Assembly (NCBI RefSeq): GCF_004010195.1
Contig: NC_057719.1
Coordinates: 1,940,749-2,004,748, forward strand
DNA length: 64,000 bases
Origin: Chiloscyllium plagiosum
Taxonomy: Eukaryota
Direction: 5' to 3'
Each line of letters starts with the position of its first letter. Within the stretch, counting starts at the first letter, position 1. Position numbers and translations under genes: made by a program. Under the pieces are notes generated by a model. The model saw only the letters and a program-made list of their open reading frames with translations. It did no database searches and was not told the origin of the DNA. Positions 12,355-25,540 of the stretch are shown here, in pieces.

Positions 12355-13700
12355 ATTTATTGACATGTCAGGAATTTGTGTCTCATTCCTGGATGCCAAG
12401 ATCCCTGTCTAACAAAAGTTTCTGCAATCTTTCTCCATTTAAATGATATACTGCTTTATATTATTTTTGCCAAAATAGACAAGTTCTCATTCTTCCACAT
12501 TGTACTTCAGCTGTCATTTTTTTCCTCAATCGTTAACCTGACTAACTCTATTCCTGATGAAGGGCTTTTGCCCGAAGCGTCGATTCTCCTGCTCCTCCGA
12601 TGCTGATTGACCTGCTGTGCTTTTCCAGCAACACACTCTCATGTCTAATTCTACAGGATTGTACACTTTCCCTTTCAGTTTGATCCAATTGTTAACTTCT
12701 TTAGTTAACCAGGAATTGTGTGCCCCTCTGGTAGAATCTTGCTTTCTGAACCGACTTTACTTTTGCTGAAAAGCATGGAATATCTCCTTAGATATCTGCC
12801 ACTGTTTCATGAAATGTTGTGTTTGCTATTGCTGAGAGCTTCCTTTATTTTGAGTTTATTCGTTAATCTTGTCTCACCGCATATTACCAGGTCTAATATA
12901 GTCTGTGCTCTGGTTACCTTTGTCAATCTGAGTTGCCCCAATCAATGTGTTGATTAAAATCGCTCATGATTATTGCAGTACCTTTCTTATTATCGTCCAT
13001 TATGCCGTTGTGTGTGTTCTGTCCCAGAGTGTAGTTATTGTTAGGGATCTGTAAATGAACTCTTACCTTTGCCATTTCTTATCCTAATCCAAATTGATTC
13101 TGTTTCTTGATCTTCTGAACTTTGCTATGCTAATGCCAGCCTTAATGAACAGAATTATTATCCTGCTTTTATCAAGCTTCTTGTACTTATTGTTCTTGTC
13201 CAAAATGTTAAATAGCTATGAATATTTTGCTGGAGGAGAAAGTGAGGTCTGCAGATGCTGGAGATCATGCTAATGCTAGCCTTAATGAACAGAATTATTA
13301 TCCTGCTTTTATCAAGCTTCTTGTACTTATTGTTCTTGTCCAAAATGTTAAATAGCCTTGAATATTTCGCTCCCAGCTTAGTCACCTTGCAACCACATCT
13401 CTGTAATCATATCATTCATATTTATTTCTATTCGTGCTAAAGATTCAACCATTTTAATACCAATGCTGCCTGCATTCAGATACAGGGCCTCTAATTCTGA
13501 CTTGTTACTATTCTTGCAACCTCTGGCCTCATCTGCTGTTCTCTTGAGCATCTCTGCTCTGTCCATACCTACCATACTTTAGCTATCATTTGTTACATCA
13601 GTTCCCTGTTCTATTGCCTTTTGCTTTCTCTCAATTTTACCGTCTGTTCATCTGATCCATGGCCCCACCCTATTTAACGTAAAGCTCTATATACCGTGTA
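12355..13700 (-). mobile_element. Degenerate CR1 ORF2 5' region (AP endonuclease start)
   Basis: LEALYLNAGSIGIK...IEINMNDMITEMWLQGD at 13378-13500 resembles CR1 EN 'LYLNARSI.NK...I.ITETWL'. Confidence 0.7.
13127..13371. repeat. 105-bp direct duplication (13127-13231 / 13267-13371) flanking a 35-nt pLTR tip
   Basis: Near-identical copies separated by ggaggagaaagtgaggtctgcagatgctggagatc. Confidence 0.9.
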
Positions 13701-14202
13701 GTTATAGCACTCACCAGACACCTGGTCCCAGCATGGTTGAGGTGAAGGTTATGGAGTTTGGTAAGAGGAGTGGAGGAGATAGCCACATACCTCAGTCCTA
13801 TTACAGTATACAGGAACGGATTAGGAAACACTAGGAATAGTGATAATTTGTGCCGAGACTCTTGTGAAATTTGCATATAGTAATGAAAATTGTTTTAAAA
13901 TTCAGGATGATAGAGGAAGTGTGATGTTGTGCATTTCGGAAGGACTAATATGCAAAGACAGTGTACTAAAAATGGCACTGCTTTGAAAAGTGCAGATAGA
14001 CTGAGAGACATTGGTATTCATAGACACACAAAACCTTAAAATGACAGAGTGGGTTGATAATACGGCTGAAAAAACATTTTGGTTACTTGGTTTATAAATA
14101 GAAGAGTAGAAAATAAAAGCAGGGATCTTGTTGAACTTTTATAAATCACTGGTTAAGCCTTAGCTGGAATATTACGGACAACACTATCGGCACTATACTG
14201 TA

Positions 14203-14545
14203 GGAGAGGCAGTGGCTTAGTGATATTATCACTGGACTGTTAGACCAGAGACCCAGGTAATGTTCCAGGGACCTGGGTTCAAATCTCACCAAGACAAGAT
14301 GGTGGAATTTGAATTCAATTTTTAAAAATCTGAAATTAAGCAGCTAATGTTGGAAAAATCTATCTGGTTCACTAACATCAATTAGGGAAGGAAACTGCCG
14401 TCCTTACCTGGTCTGGCCTACATGTGACTCCAGACCCACCACAATGTGGTTGACTCTTAACTGCCCTCTGGGTAATTAGGGATTGGCAGGAAATGCTGAC
14501 CCAGCCAGCAGTGACCTCATCCCATAAATGAATTTTTTAAAAACT
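14203..14545 (+). mobile_element. tRNA-derived SINE with 3' tail of the 18215/33095/44720 LINE family; copies at ~7385-7735, 47203-47560, 49563-49893 (+) and 3915-4056, 8200-8385, 55020-55138 (-)
   Basis: Box A agtggcttagtg, box B ggttcaaatc, conserved body atccttacctggtctggcctacatgtgactccagacccac, LINE-like tail. Confidence 0.8.
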
Positions 14546-15694
14546 TGAAGAATGATGTTAGGGAACAGAAAACGAAAGAACTGTGAATGCTGGAAATCAG
14601 AAACAAAATCAGCAATTGCTGGATAAACTCAGCAGGTCTGGCAGCATCTGTGGAGAGAAAACATTAACTCTACTTTCTTCCACAGATGCTGCCAGACCTG
14701 CTGAGTTTATCCAGCAATTTTTGATGCAAGGGAACGGAGTAGTTTTACTAGGAGATAAGCAGGGATGTGGGACTCACTAATGAAGATATGTTAGGACTGT
14801 TCCCCTGTGATCCATAACTGAATAGACATTTTCAGGAAGATAGATTTTGTTAGGTGGAGGAGCATCTTGAGGAGTAGATCTGTAACTCGCAGTCTTAGAT
14901 TTAAAGCCATTGGGAAAATAAATGAAGGTAAATGAGCAATATTTCTACTTGGGATTGTTGGGATCTGGAGTGATCTAAGATCACAGAATTGTTATAGTAC
15001 AAAAGGAGGCCATTCTGCCCACCATACCCACACTGACTCATTAGATGAGCATCATTAGCTAGTGCCAATCTCTTGCCTTTTGTCCATACCCTTGCAGATA
15101 ATTTTTATCCAAATATTCATCAGAAGCCCCCCCCCCGCCCCATCTTCAGTGCCCCTTAGCTGATGCTGGACTAAGCTTGGTTGCCTGTTTTAGGTCAGTA
15201 CAGGTAGTAAGGGCCAAATTTTAATTCATTCAGGGGATGTGGACATCGCCGGCTGACCAAGAATTTATTGCCCGTCCCTAGTTGCCTCTTGAGGTGGGGG
15301 TGAGCTGCCTTCTTGAACCGCTGCTGTCCAAATGCTATAGGTAGACCCACAATGCCTTGAGGGAGGGAATTCCAGGATTTTGACCCAGTGACACTGAAGG
15401 AATAGGTTCTATCTGTGATGTAGTTTCAATGATAATACCCAATGCTCGGATAGTAAGGCAATCTGGAACTGATCTTTACAGTCGATTTAAAAAATCTTAA
15501 TTCTCTCCCTTTCAAATTCTTAAGATTATGAAAGCGTAGATATCGGCATGATGTATTCAACTGGGGATAGTCAACAAAATCCAGCAGGAGAGTTAGACAA
15601 CCCCTCTTTACCCAAGAATGGTGTGAAGGTGCAATGTCCTGTCACAAGCAGCTGTAGAGATGACTAGCATAGATACGTTGGTATACCATATAGA

Positions 15695-16748
15695 TATACA
15701 GTTGGGCTAAATGACCTGTCTCTGTTGTACACAGCTGGGCTGAATGGCCTGTCTCTTGTACACAGCTGGGCTGAATGGCCTGTTTCTGTTATACACAGCT
15801 GGGCTAAATGACCTGTCTCTGTTGTACACAGCTGGGCTGAATGGCCTGTCTGTGTTGTACACAGTTGGGCTGAATGGCCTGTCTCTGTTGTACACAGCTG
15901 GGCTGAATGGCCTGTTTCTGTTATACACAGCTGGGCTAAATGACCTGTCTCTGTTGTACACAGCTGGGCTGAATGGCCTGTCTCTTGTACACAGCTGGGC
16001 TGAATGGCCTGTTTCTGTTGTACACAGCTGGGCTGAATGGCCTGTCTGTGTTGTACACAGTTGGGCTGAATGGCCTGTCTGTGTTGTACACAGCTGGGCT
16101 GAATGGCCTGTCTCTGTTGTACACAGCTGGGCTGAATGGCCTGTCTCTGTTGTACACAGCTGGGCTGAATGGTCTGTCTCTGTTGTACACAGCTGGGCTG
16201 AATGGCCTGTTTCTGTTGCACACAGCTGGGCTGAATGTCCTGTCTGTGTTGTACACAGCTGGGCTGAATGGCCTGTTTCTGTTGTACCCAGCTGGGCTGA
16301 ATGGCCTGTCTCTGTTGTACACAGCTGGGCTGAATGGCCTGTCTATGTTGTACACAGTTGGGCTGAATGGCCTGTTTCTGTTGTACACAGCTGGGCTGAA
16401 TGGCCTGTTTCTGTTGTACACAGCTGGGCTGAATGGCTTGTCTTTGTTGTACACAGCTGGGCTGAATGGCCTGTTTCTGTTATACACAGCTGGGCTGAAT
16501 GGCCTGTTTCTGTTATACACAGTTGGGCTGAATGGCCTGTCTCTGTTGTACACAGCTGGTCTGAATGGCCTGTCTATGTTGTACACAGTTGGGCTGAATG
16601 GCCTGTCTGTGTTGTACACAGCTGGGCTGAATGGCCTGTTTCTGTTGTACACAGCTGGGCTGAATGGCCTGTTTCCGTTGTACATAGCTGGGCTGAATGG
16701 CCTGTCTGTGTTGTACACAGCTGGGCTGAATGGCCTGTTTCTGTTGTG
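15695..16748. repeat. 33-bp minisatellite (GTACACAGCTGGGCTGAATGGCCTGTYTCTGTT)n, about 32 units
   Basis: Directly visible tandem array; two units carry a 2-nt deletion. Confidence 0.97.
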
Positions 16749-17291
16749 TAAATTCAATGCAAGGTATTGGCTTTATTGTGGAGCTTTTTCCTTTCATCTG
16801 AAGGAATGTTTTAACAAGCGTGCAGGCACAGAGACATCTTGTGCGTACACAAATGTCTAAAGGTGACAGGACAAGTTGATGAGACTGTTTAAAAATAAAC
16901 CGCACTGGATATTTATCTTTATAAATAGAGGAATGAAGTGAAAAAGCAAATAGGCTATTTTAAATTTTTATAAATCAGGTTACTTCTCCTGTCTTTCTTT
17001 CCTCTCTCTGCCTCATCCTCTTCTGTTTCCCTCACTCTCATTTTCATGCTGCCTCGCAAGATTCTCGCCATGAGGAAAGCATGAAAGATGGAGCAGGATG
17101 GTCTTGATGTCGAGTTGGGGCTCACTATACTGCCACCTTATGCAGCCACATCCCTGAAGCCCCTACGAGATTCCACCCACAGTCTTGAACCCCCCCACCC
17201 CCAGCCAGGCTGCTCCCTCTGGTGAATCTATTAAGTTGTGTTAGAAACTAAGATTAAGCAATGAAACTTGACACTTCCCTCCACAGTGTAG

Positions 17292-17795
17292 ATCAGAGTG
17301 GTGCTGGAAAAGCACAACAGGTCAGGCAGCATCCGAGGAGCAGGAAAATTGACGTTTCAGGCAAAAGCCCTTCATCAGGACTGGAGGCAGGGAGCCTCCA
17401 GGGTGGAGAGATAAATGGGAGGGGGGGTGGGGATGAAGGTGATAGGTCAGAGAGGAGAGGGTGGAGCGGATAAGTGGGAAGGAAGAGAGGCCGGTAGGAC
17501 AGGTCATGGAGACGGTGCTGAGCTGGATGGTTGGAATTGGGGTGAAGTGGGGGAAGGGGAAATGAGGAAACTGGTGAAATCCACATTGATGCCCTGGGGT
17601 TGAAGTGTTCCGAGGCGGAGGATGACATGTTCTTCCTCCAGGCGTCGGGTGGTGAGGGAGCGGCGGTGAAGGAGGCCCAGGACCTCCATGTCCTCAGCAG
17701 AGTGGGAGGGGGAGTTGAAATGTTGGACCACGGGGCAGTGTGGTTGATTAGTGCGGGTGTCCCGGAGATGTTGCCTAAAGCGCTCTGCTAGGAGG
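17292..17795 (-). mobile_element. Penelope-like element (Neptune-like) 3' fragment: GIY-YIG C-terminus plus terminal repeat with hammerhead
   Basis: Minus-strand peptide LAERFRQHLRDTR...VVQHFNSPSHS..DMEVLGL...RRLEEEHVILRLGTLQPQGIN, followed by the pLTR (CTGATGAAGGGCTTTTGCCTGAAACGTC...gctgcctgacctg). Confidence 0.85.
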
Positions 17796-18214
17796 TCATT
17801 ATTCATTGTTAAACGCCTTGTTAACACCACAGCTTTCCTCATTAATATTCACACTCCCATCCTACCAAACTCACCAAACATTAGGACATCTGGTCGGCAT
17901 GGATGAGTTGGACTAAAGGGTTCCTGTGCTGTATGTCTCTATGACTCTATAAGGGAGACAACAGGAAGATTTGACAAAGAAACCAGAGCAAGTAGCTGGT
18001 GGATTCAGCATGGCACTTACCCAAATGACCTCCGTGTTGGACAGCAGGGGTAGTGGGGTGGTGGGGGGGGGAGAGGTTGTCATCCAGAGTCAGGACACCC
18101 TAGCTTCAAATTGGGGTAGCAGTGTATGACCACAGCTGGCCCATGGGCACCCCATATACCACGGTCCATGTGGGAAGGATAGGAACTGTAGGCACAGGTA
18201 CACAGGTTAAGAGG

Positions 18215-19970
18215 TCAAGGGATATGGGTGTCACTGGCTGGCCAGCATTTATTCCTTATCCCTAGTTGCCCCTTGAGAAGGTGGGGGTGAGCTACCTCCT
18301 TGAACCGCTGCAGTCCATGTGCTGCATTTAGACCCATAATGCCCTTCGGGAGGGGATTCCAGGATTTTGATTCAGTGACACTGAAGGAATGGCGATATAT
18401 TTCCAAGTCAGAATGGTGAGTAACTCAGAGGGGAACTTGCAGGGGGTGGTGTTCCCATGTATCTGCTGCCCTTGTCCTTCTAAATGGAAGTGGTCATATG
18501 TTTAGAAGGTGCTGTCTGAGGATCTTTGGTGAGTTTCTGCAGTGCATCTTGTAGATGGTACACACTGCTGTTACTGAGCGTCGGTGGTGGAGGGAGTGGA
18601 TGTGATGCCAATAAAGCGGGGGTTGCTTTGTCCTGGATGGTGTCAAGCTTCATGAGTGATGTTGGAGCTGTACCCATCCAGGCAAGTGGGGAGTATTCCA
18701 TCACACTCCTGAATTGTGCTTTGATAGGCTTTGGGGAGTCAGGAGGGGAGTTACTCGTAGCAATACTCCTAACATCTGACCTGCTCTTGCACTCACTGTA
18801 TTTTCTGGCTAATACAGTTCGGTTTCTGATCAGATGTAACGTCTGGATGTTAGTAGTGGGGGATTCAGTGATGATAAAATCATTCAATGTCAAGGGGTGG
18901 TGGCTAGATTATCTCTGATTGGAGATGGTCATTGCCTGCCACAAATATTATTTTCCATTTGTCAGCCCAAGCCTGGATATTGTCCTGATCTTGTAATATT
19001 TGAATATGTATCTGAGGAATTGCAAATGGTGCTGAACACTGTGCTGTCATCAGTGAACATTCCCACTTCTGACCTTATGATGGAGGGAAGGTCAATGATG
19101 AAGCAGCTGAAGATGTTGAGCCAAGATACTACCCTGAGGAACTCCTGCAGAGATGTCCTGGAGCTGACCTCCAACAACCACGACCATCTTCCTGTCTATC
19201 AGACATGACTCCAACCAGCAGAGAGTTTTCCCCCGATACCCATTGATGCCAGTTTTGCTAGGACTCCTTGATGCCACATTTGATTCAATCCAGCCTTGAT
19301 GTCTAGGGCAGTCCCTCTCCCCTCCCCTCTGGAATTCCGCTCTTTTGTCCATGTTTGAGCCAAGGCTGTAATGAGGTCAGGAGCTGAGTGACCCTGGGGG
19401 AACCCAAACTGGGCGTCACTGAGCAGGTTATTGCTGAGCAGGTGCTGCTTGATAGCACTGTTGGTGACCCCTTCCATCACTTTACTGATGACCGAGAGTA
19501 GACTGATGGGGCAGTAATTGGCCGGGTTGGAATTGTCCTGCTTTTTATGTACAGGATATACCTGGGCAATTTTCCACATTTCTGATGAAGGGCTTTTGCC
19601 CGAAACATCGACTCTCCAGCTCCTCAGATGCTGCCTGACCTGCTGTGCTTTTCCAACACCACACTCTCAACTCTTATCTCCAGCATCTGCAGTCCTCACT
19701 TTTGCCTAATTTTCCACATTGTCAGGTAGATGTCAGGGTTGTAACTGTACTGGGTGCTTGGCTAGGAGCGTGGCAAGTTCTGGAGCTCAAATCTTTAGTA
19801 CTATTGCTGGAATGTTATCAGGGCCCATAGTCTTTGCAGTATCCTGTGTTTCTTGATATCATGGGGGATGAATTGATTTGGCTGAAGACTGGTGTCTGTG
19901 ATACTGGGGAGCACTGCTGGAGACTGAGATAGATCATCCACTTGTCATTTCTGACTGAAGATTGCTGAAT
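18215..19970 (-). mobile_element. Non-LTR retrotransposon (CR1/L2-group LINE, second family), degenerate RT + 3' tail
   Basis: WKIAQVYPVHKKQDNSNPANYCPISLLSVISKVMEG, QFGF, ISAGVPQGS and GMFTDD motifs, with frameshifts. Confidence 0.88.
19581..19707 (+). mobile_element. Solo 127-bp Penelope-type pLTR insertion with 13-bp TSD
   Basis: Starts tCTGATGA. aattttccacatt at 19568-19580 and 19708-19720. Interrupts the minus-strand LINE. Confidence 0.88.
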
Positions 19971-20949
19971 AACAGATAAAGGCTGTGGATATTGAGGGTT
20001 CATCAGCATGTTCTGGCAGAGGCTGGTAGTTGCTGAAGGAGGACCATTCCCTGTTACCCTTCTGCCGTGCTGGAAATGGAAAGAGCACAGTAGGGTAGAA
20101 AATGGCTCCTCTGAGTGAGTGGGGTAATTCGCTGAGTCTGTGAAGGAGGGGACTGAGGCACATAGCTTTTTGAAAGGGCTTTTCAAACAGAACAACATTG
20201 GACATAGGCTCATGAACTCTTGTCCATGCAGGTTGCCTACTCCCTCCAAGTCTAGATGGGCCAATCCTGCTGAGGGTCCCTTCGCCAGAGGCAAGTGGAT
20301 CCTCCTCATCTTGGACTCCAAGGTAGCAGGAAGTTGGAGGGCCTGGTCACCTCTGCAGTGAGAGTGGTAACTGGCACCTGTGGGTGGATCCACCCTCCAA
20401 TTGGTTGCTTCCTGGAAATGCCCAGTCTCCTTGAGCAGAAGATTCCCCATCCCCGTCACCCTATCTTTGGTCCTACAGACTAGTGGTTGGGGAGATGGTG
20501 CCAGTGTGAGTGTCTCTCCTGAGGCTGCTGGTATTGGCTCTCCATGGTAACTGTTGACCTGTCCATATGACACACTGCCCTGCTGCAGTTTCTGGGCGTT
20601 GAGTGCCACCTATTCCTCGATGCCTGTTTGCTTCTGCTCCTCCACCCTGTGCATTGCTGGCACTGCAGGCTCCTGGGGCTGGGCAGGTGCCTGGTCTCTG
20701 GCAGTCCTCCAAGTGCAGGCGGCCTGGACTATTTCTTCCTCAGCCAGCTGCTCAGTGATTGTGAACCCACACTCTCTCTGCCTACGATTTCCACTTAGGT
20801 GAAAGGAAGTGTTGTTCAATTATCGAGACTGATAGCAGGGTTCATGGGAGAGTGGCAGTGACATGCAGAGTGCTACTTACTCGCTTGGTGAGACATGGAG
20901 GTCTCAGCGTCTCTGCAGGAGTGGTCCCAGCCTGCTCCTGCAAGGTTCA

Positions 20950-21390
20950 GGAACTGTGTTCCTGGATGGTCAAAGGCTACGCTGGCCACTGGAAGGCAAT
21001 GTTGAATTTCCCTGTTGATGCCCTGTGCTCACTGAGACGAGGCTTTCGGGGTATGAAGGTGAATCAACATTATCCAGTGCTTTACAATTATCCAGTGGAT
21101 CTTAGCAGTCTGGAGTCAGTGCTGCACAGTGGGAGCACAATAGGCAACCTTTGTTTTCAGGATATTAGCCTAAGGGCCATGTTTTGGTACACTTCCATTG
21201 CAGTTTGGAACTCAGTCTCTGAGCGAGCACACACGTATGCTGCAGCTCAGTGACAGACGTTGGGGTGGTCCTGGTTCTAGACTAGAGGCAACATGGATTA
21301 AAGTTTCCCCCTCATCCCATGGATGACCTCGATGCCAGCAGGAAACTTCAGGGAGCTTCCTCTGGTAACACAACTTGCCATGTTGTATAA
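20950..21390 (-). mobile_element. RTE-clade LINE RT remnant
   Basis: Manual minus-strand translation across frameshifts: PAGIEVIHGMRGKL.N...SRTRTTPTSVTELQ..VCARSETEFQ...YQNMALRL..KTKV...ALDNVD...INREIQH....ASVAF. This resembles RTE RT 'GKLFNLRRL..TK....ELQYADD...MGL.LN..KTKV'. Confidence 0.7.
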
Positions 21391-24300
21391 GGCTTTCTAG
21401 CAATTTTATTTCTACTTCTGATTTCTAACGTCCACGGTACTTTGTTTTTTATCGTATATTGCATATCTCCTGTTAGCAATTGACTTAAAATTTATTAAAC
21501 TTTACCAGATGAGTGAAACAGTGATGTTGATCTTGCACATTAGCAAAATATGTGATGTATAGAGGCCATTCAGCCCATTGTCAGATCCTTGATTGTTTGA
21601 AGATGCTCCTCTGCAAACCTTTTCCTTTGAATATTAATCATTTTTAAAATTATTATTGAAGCAGCTTCCATTGCCCTTTCAGGCAGCTCCGAGATTGCAA
21701 CAAACTAAGTGTAAGAGTAATCCCCCTCTTCTCACCTCAGTTTCTTTTGCTAGTCATCCTATAACTGTGTCCTCTGGTTATCATCACGTCTTCCAGTGGA
21801 AACATACCCATTAGTTAATAAATCAGAATCCTCCATTCTTGTAAACCTCCCTTTGTTTTCGCTGCTCTAAGGACACCAATCCCAGTTTCTCCAGGCTGTC
21901 CATAATCACTGGAATCCTTTAGATCCATAACCAAGACATTTTGAAGGGTGATGCCCGGTATTAGATGAGACACTGCAGTTGGGACCTTCCCACTGGTTTG
22001 TAAAGGAACAGAACTTTTGTACTTGATGCCAAAGATCCCATACATTTTGTTTAACAGCATTCTGAACTTGTCCTGCTACTTTCAGAGATTTGTGTATACA
22101 CACACTGCAAGGGCTCTCTGGTAATGCACCCTCTTTAACATTGTACTATTTGGATAGAGCAGAGATCAGTGAAAATTAAACTGTGTGTACCATAAATTGC
22201 ACTTTAAGGTGCACTTCATCTACCCCATAATGTGGTATCAATGAGGTTTTGAACAACGTGATTGATTCTTCCCAGATCGAGCGGGAGCTTAACATTTGCC
22301 AAAGTTAAATCACATTTTCACTCACAACCCAGCTTTCGAAAGATCTACTTGGAGGTGGCTTTGGTGGGTGTGGGAGGGTATGCTGACTGGATCTAAATAT
22401 AGACAGTGTTCCCACTGTCCAAATAAAGACACACACGGCAATGCAGAAAACTGCACCTTTTTTAGTGTCTGCCCGTCTGCTGCTTGGCAAACTAGTGATT
22501 CTTACTATGGAGCTGCTGATGCTGCCTGAATATACAGCAGCTTCCAGACTTGCAACTCGACAGCCTCAGTGCAATTATTTAGAACAACTGATCAACAGCA
22601 TTTTATTAAAATTTAAACAGCAAGACAAATCTTGTAATCCCTTTGCATCCCTCTCACTTTATCCTCTCTCTCTCTCTCTTCATTCTTCATCTCCTCCTTC
22701 ACCCCTCCCCTACAAGTCACCTTCCCCTCACTCTTTTCTGTATGATTCTCCCTTTACACACCTCCCACTCAACCCCCACTCCCCCTGCAACCTTTAAACC
22801 TCCAACTAATCTCCTCCCTGCTAAACCCCTCTGCCCCACACCATCCTAGAGTCCTCTCCCACCAATGCACAGCCCATCCCTTCATTTCCCTCCTACGTTC
22901 TTCCCTCTAACACCCTCATATCTAAGTCAGGAAATGTTGTGGCTTCAGGTTCCCCAGCTGGAGTTGAGCACACACCAGATCTCAGTGCCATACTGTCAGA
23001 AGGTGCTTTCTGCTCAGTGAGACACTTAACAAGAGCTCTATCTGCCCTCTTGGATGGGCGTGACACCTTCTGAGACACTAGTTCAATGCGGGTGCAAAGG
23101 AGATTCACCAGGAGACTACCTGGTCTGGAGGGTCTGAGCTGTGAGGAAAGGTTGGACAGGTCAGGTTGATTTTGTTATATTTAAGATGAGAGGTAGAAGT
23201 TGAAGAGACGAGTTGTGGGGAAATGTTTTCACCCACAGGGAGATGGGGATCTGGAACTCATTGCCTGAATGGCTGGTTGAGTCAGAAACTCTCATAACAT
23301 TTCAGCAGCATTTGGATATTCAGTTGCATTGTCATAGTTTCCGGGTCTTCTGGGACAAGAGGTAGAAAATAGGATTAGTTCAGACAGACCTTTGTAGAGT
23401 AGCATGAAAATGATGGGCCAGGTGGCCTCCTTCTATGTTGCAAATGTTTTAAATAGCTGTCCATTCAACTTTGCTGTTTGTGTGGACTTGCTGTGTGTAA
23501 CATTGGCTGATACTTTACAATTCAAAAGTGCATCATTGATTTGAATGGTCTCATGGACATGAAAATGCAATCCAATATTTTATTCAACAAGGTTAACTCT
23601 TAACTGCCATCCGGAGTGGTTTATCAAGGTGTGCTGTTTTATTAACCCTGTGTTGCCTTCTCAGGATGGGTGATAAATGCTATTAACTTTATTCTGCATT
23701 AAATAGCATGAATTTCACATAAGCAATGGCAGATTTTCACTCAGTCATACTGCATGGAAATAGACCCTTCAGTTCAACCAGTACATACCAACCATGTTCC
23801 CAAACTAAACTAGTCCCACCATGTCTCTCCAAACATTTCATATTCATGTACTTATCCAAATAAATTTTCAATATTGTGACTGTATCAGCATCCACCACTT
23901 CCTCTGGGAGTTTATTCCACACATTAACCACTCTGTGAAAATGTTGCCCCTCATGTACTTTTACCTCTCACCTTTAAAATATTCCCCTTAGTCTTGAACT
24001 CCCTTACCCTGAAGAAAAGATGGGTATTTGAAGTAGTGGACTTCACGCTCGCCACCCCCTCCATGGTCTGTTTGGTGATGGTGGGGTGGTGGGCAGCTGT
24101 CACTGGGTAGGAGGGGGTGCCAGAGGTGACCCTCCTGCCTTCCTATTCAGCAGCAAGGAGCTCCTCTGATTGGCCTTCTATTCCGATAGCAGTATTAGGC
24201 CATTCAGCCCATTGAGTGTGCCAAGCCATTCATTGGGGATAGGAAAATACCTGCATTTCGATAACGCTTTACCAAACAGTATAGCTTTGCAATGTTCTTT

Positions 24301-25540
24301 ACGACTAACAAACTACTTTTGAATTCTAGTCGCTGTTTTAATGTGGGTAACATGACTGCCAATTGGCATGCAACAGTTCCCATGGGAAACCATTACAAGG
24401 AGCCTCGCGAGAACAGTATAAGTAAGCAATGAGTGACACTAAACCAAAGAAGAGAACACTTGACCAGGACACCAACAGACTTGGTCAGATACAGCCTGTG
24501 GAGAGTTAAAGGATGTGGGAGTTTGAGGTTGGACTTCCAGTGCATTGAGCCAATCCCGGCTGCAAAGAGCAGGATGGAGAGGGCCTCACGGACTGGAGCA
24601 GTTCTAGGGTCTCAGGCTTGTAGAGCTGGAGAGGGGTTACTGACGTAATCAGGGGAGAGGCCATGGAGAACGTGGTAGCAAATATTATCAATGTTATAGA
24701 TGATAAAGGCAGCTTAAAGACAAAGCTAATAATCGCAGAATAATTGAGCCTACGTGGTGGAAGGAAGCTGTTTGGCCCGTCAGGCTGTGTGCTGACTCTT
24801 TGAAAGAGCAGTCCTGCTTGGTCAAACACCCTCTGTAGGTTCCTTGCCCTCAAGTAGCGACCCAACTCCCTTTTAAAAATATTGATGGATTCAGCTTCCA
24901 CCACCTTTTCAAGTAATGTTCTAAATTCAAGAAACCTTCTGAGGGTAAGCATCACTCCCCCACCAGAAAAATGGCCAATGGTTTTGTCTTCCTGACTTCT
25001 GGTTGTTCACCTATTCACCAAACCTGTCATCAGTTTTCAAATCTCCATTAGATCAATCCTCTTTGTTCCCCAAGGAGAGCAGTCTCAACCTTTCTGACAT
25101 CTTCTCATCACTGAATAACTCCCATCATGGTGAATCTCTTCTGTTCCCTTTCTGATGCAGTTGCATTTCTCCTGAAGTGTCGAGCCCAGAATTGTCCACC
25201 ATATTGCAGCTGAAGCCAAACCAGTGATTATTTTAATATTTCTAGCATAATCTCTTTTTTATTCTGTCTTGCTCCACTTGGGAGCAGATACTGATATCAA
25301 AGTCCCGCTGTGCTTTGGATCATCACAAAAGTTAAGGATTAAATCAGATTATTCAAGGTCTTCATCAGGAAGGGCTTATGCCCGAAACATCAGTTTTGCT
25401 GTTGCTTTGATACTGTGCTTTTCTAGCACCACACTCTCGACACTAACTATTCTGTCTCGCAGTCAATAGTTTGAGGCAGCAGCTGGTAGATAAATAGTGA
25501 GTGAGAATAGCGAGCTATCTTCCAATACTTTGTTGCTTGC

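Noticed and set aside
15664..16905. Long ORFs (185-335 aa) in several frames on both strands
   Set aside because: Artefact of a 33-bp (3n) tandem unit lacking stops; no splice or start context and no recognisable domain.
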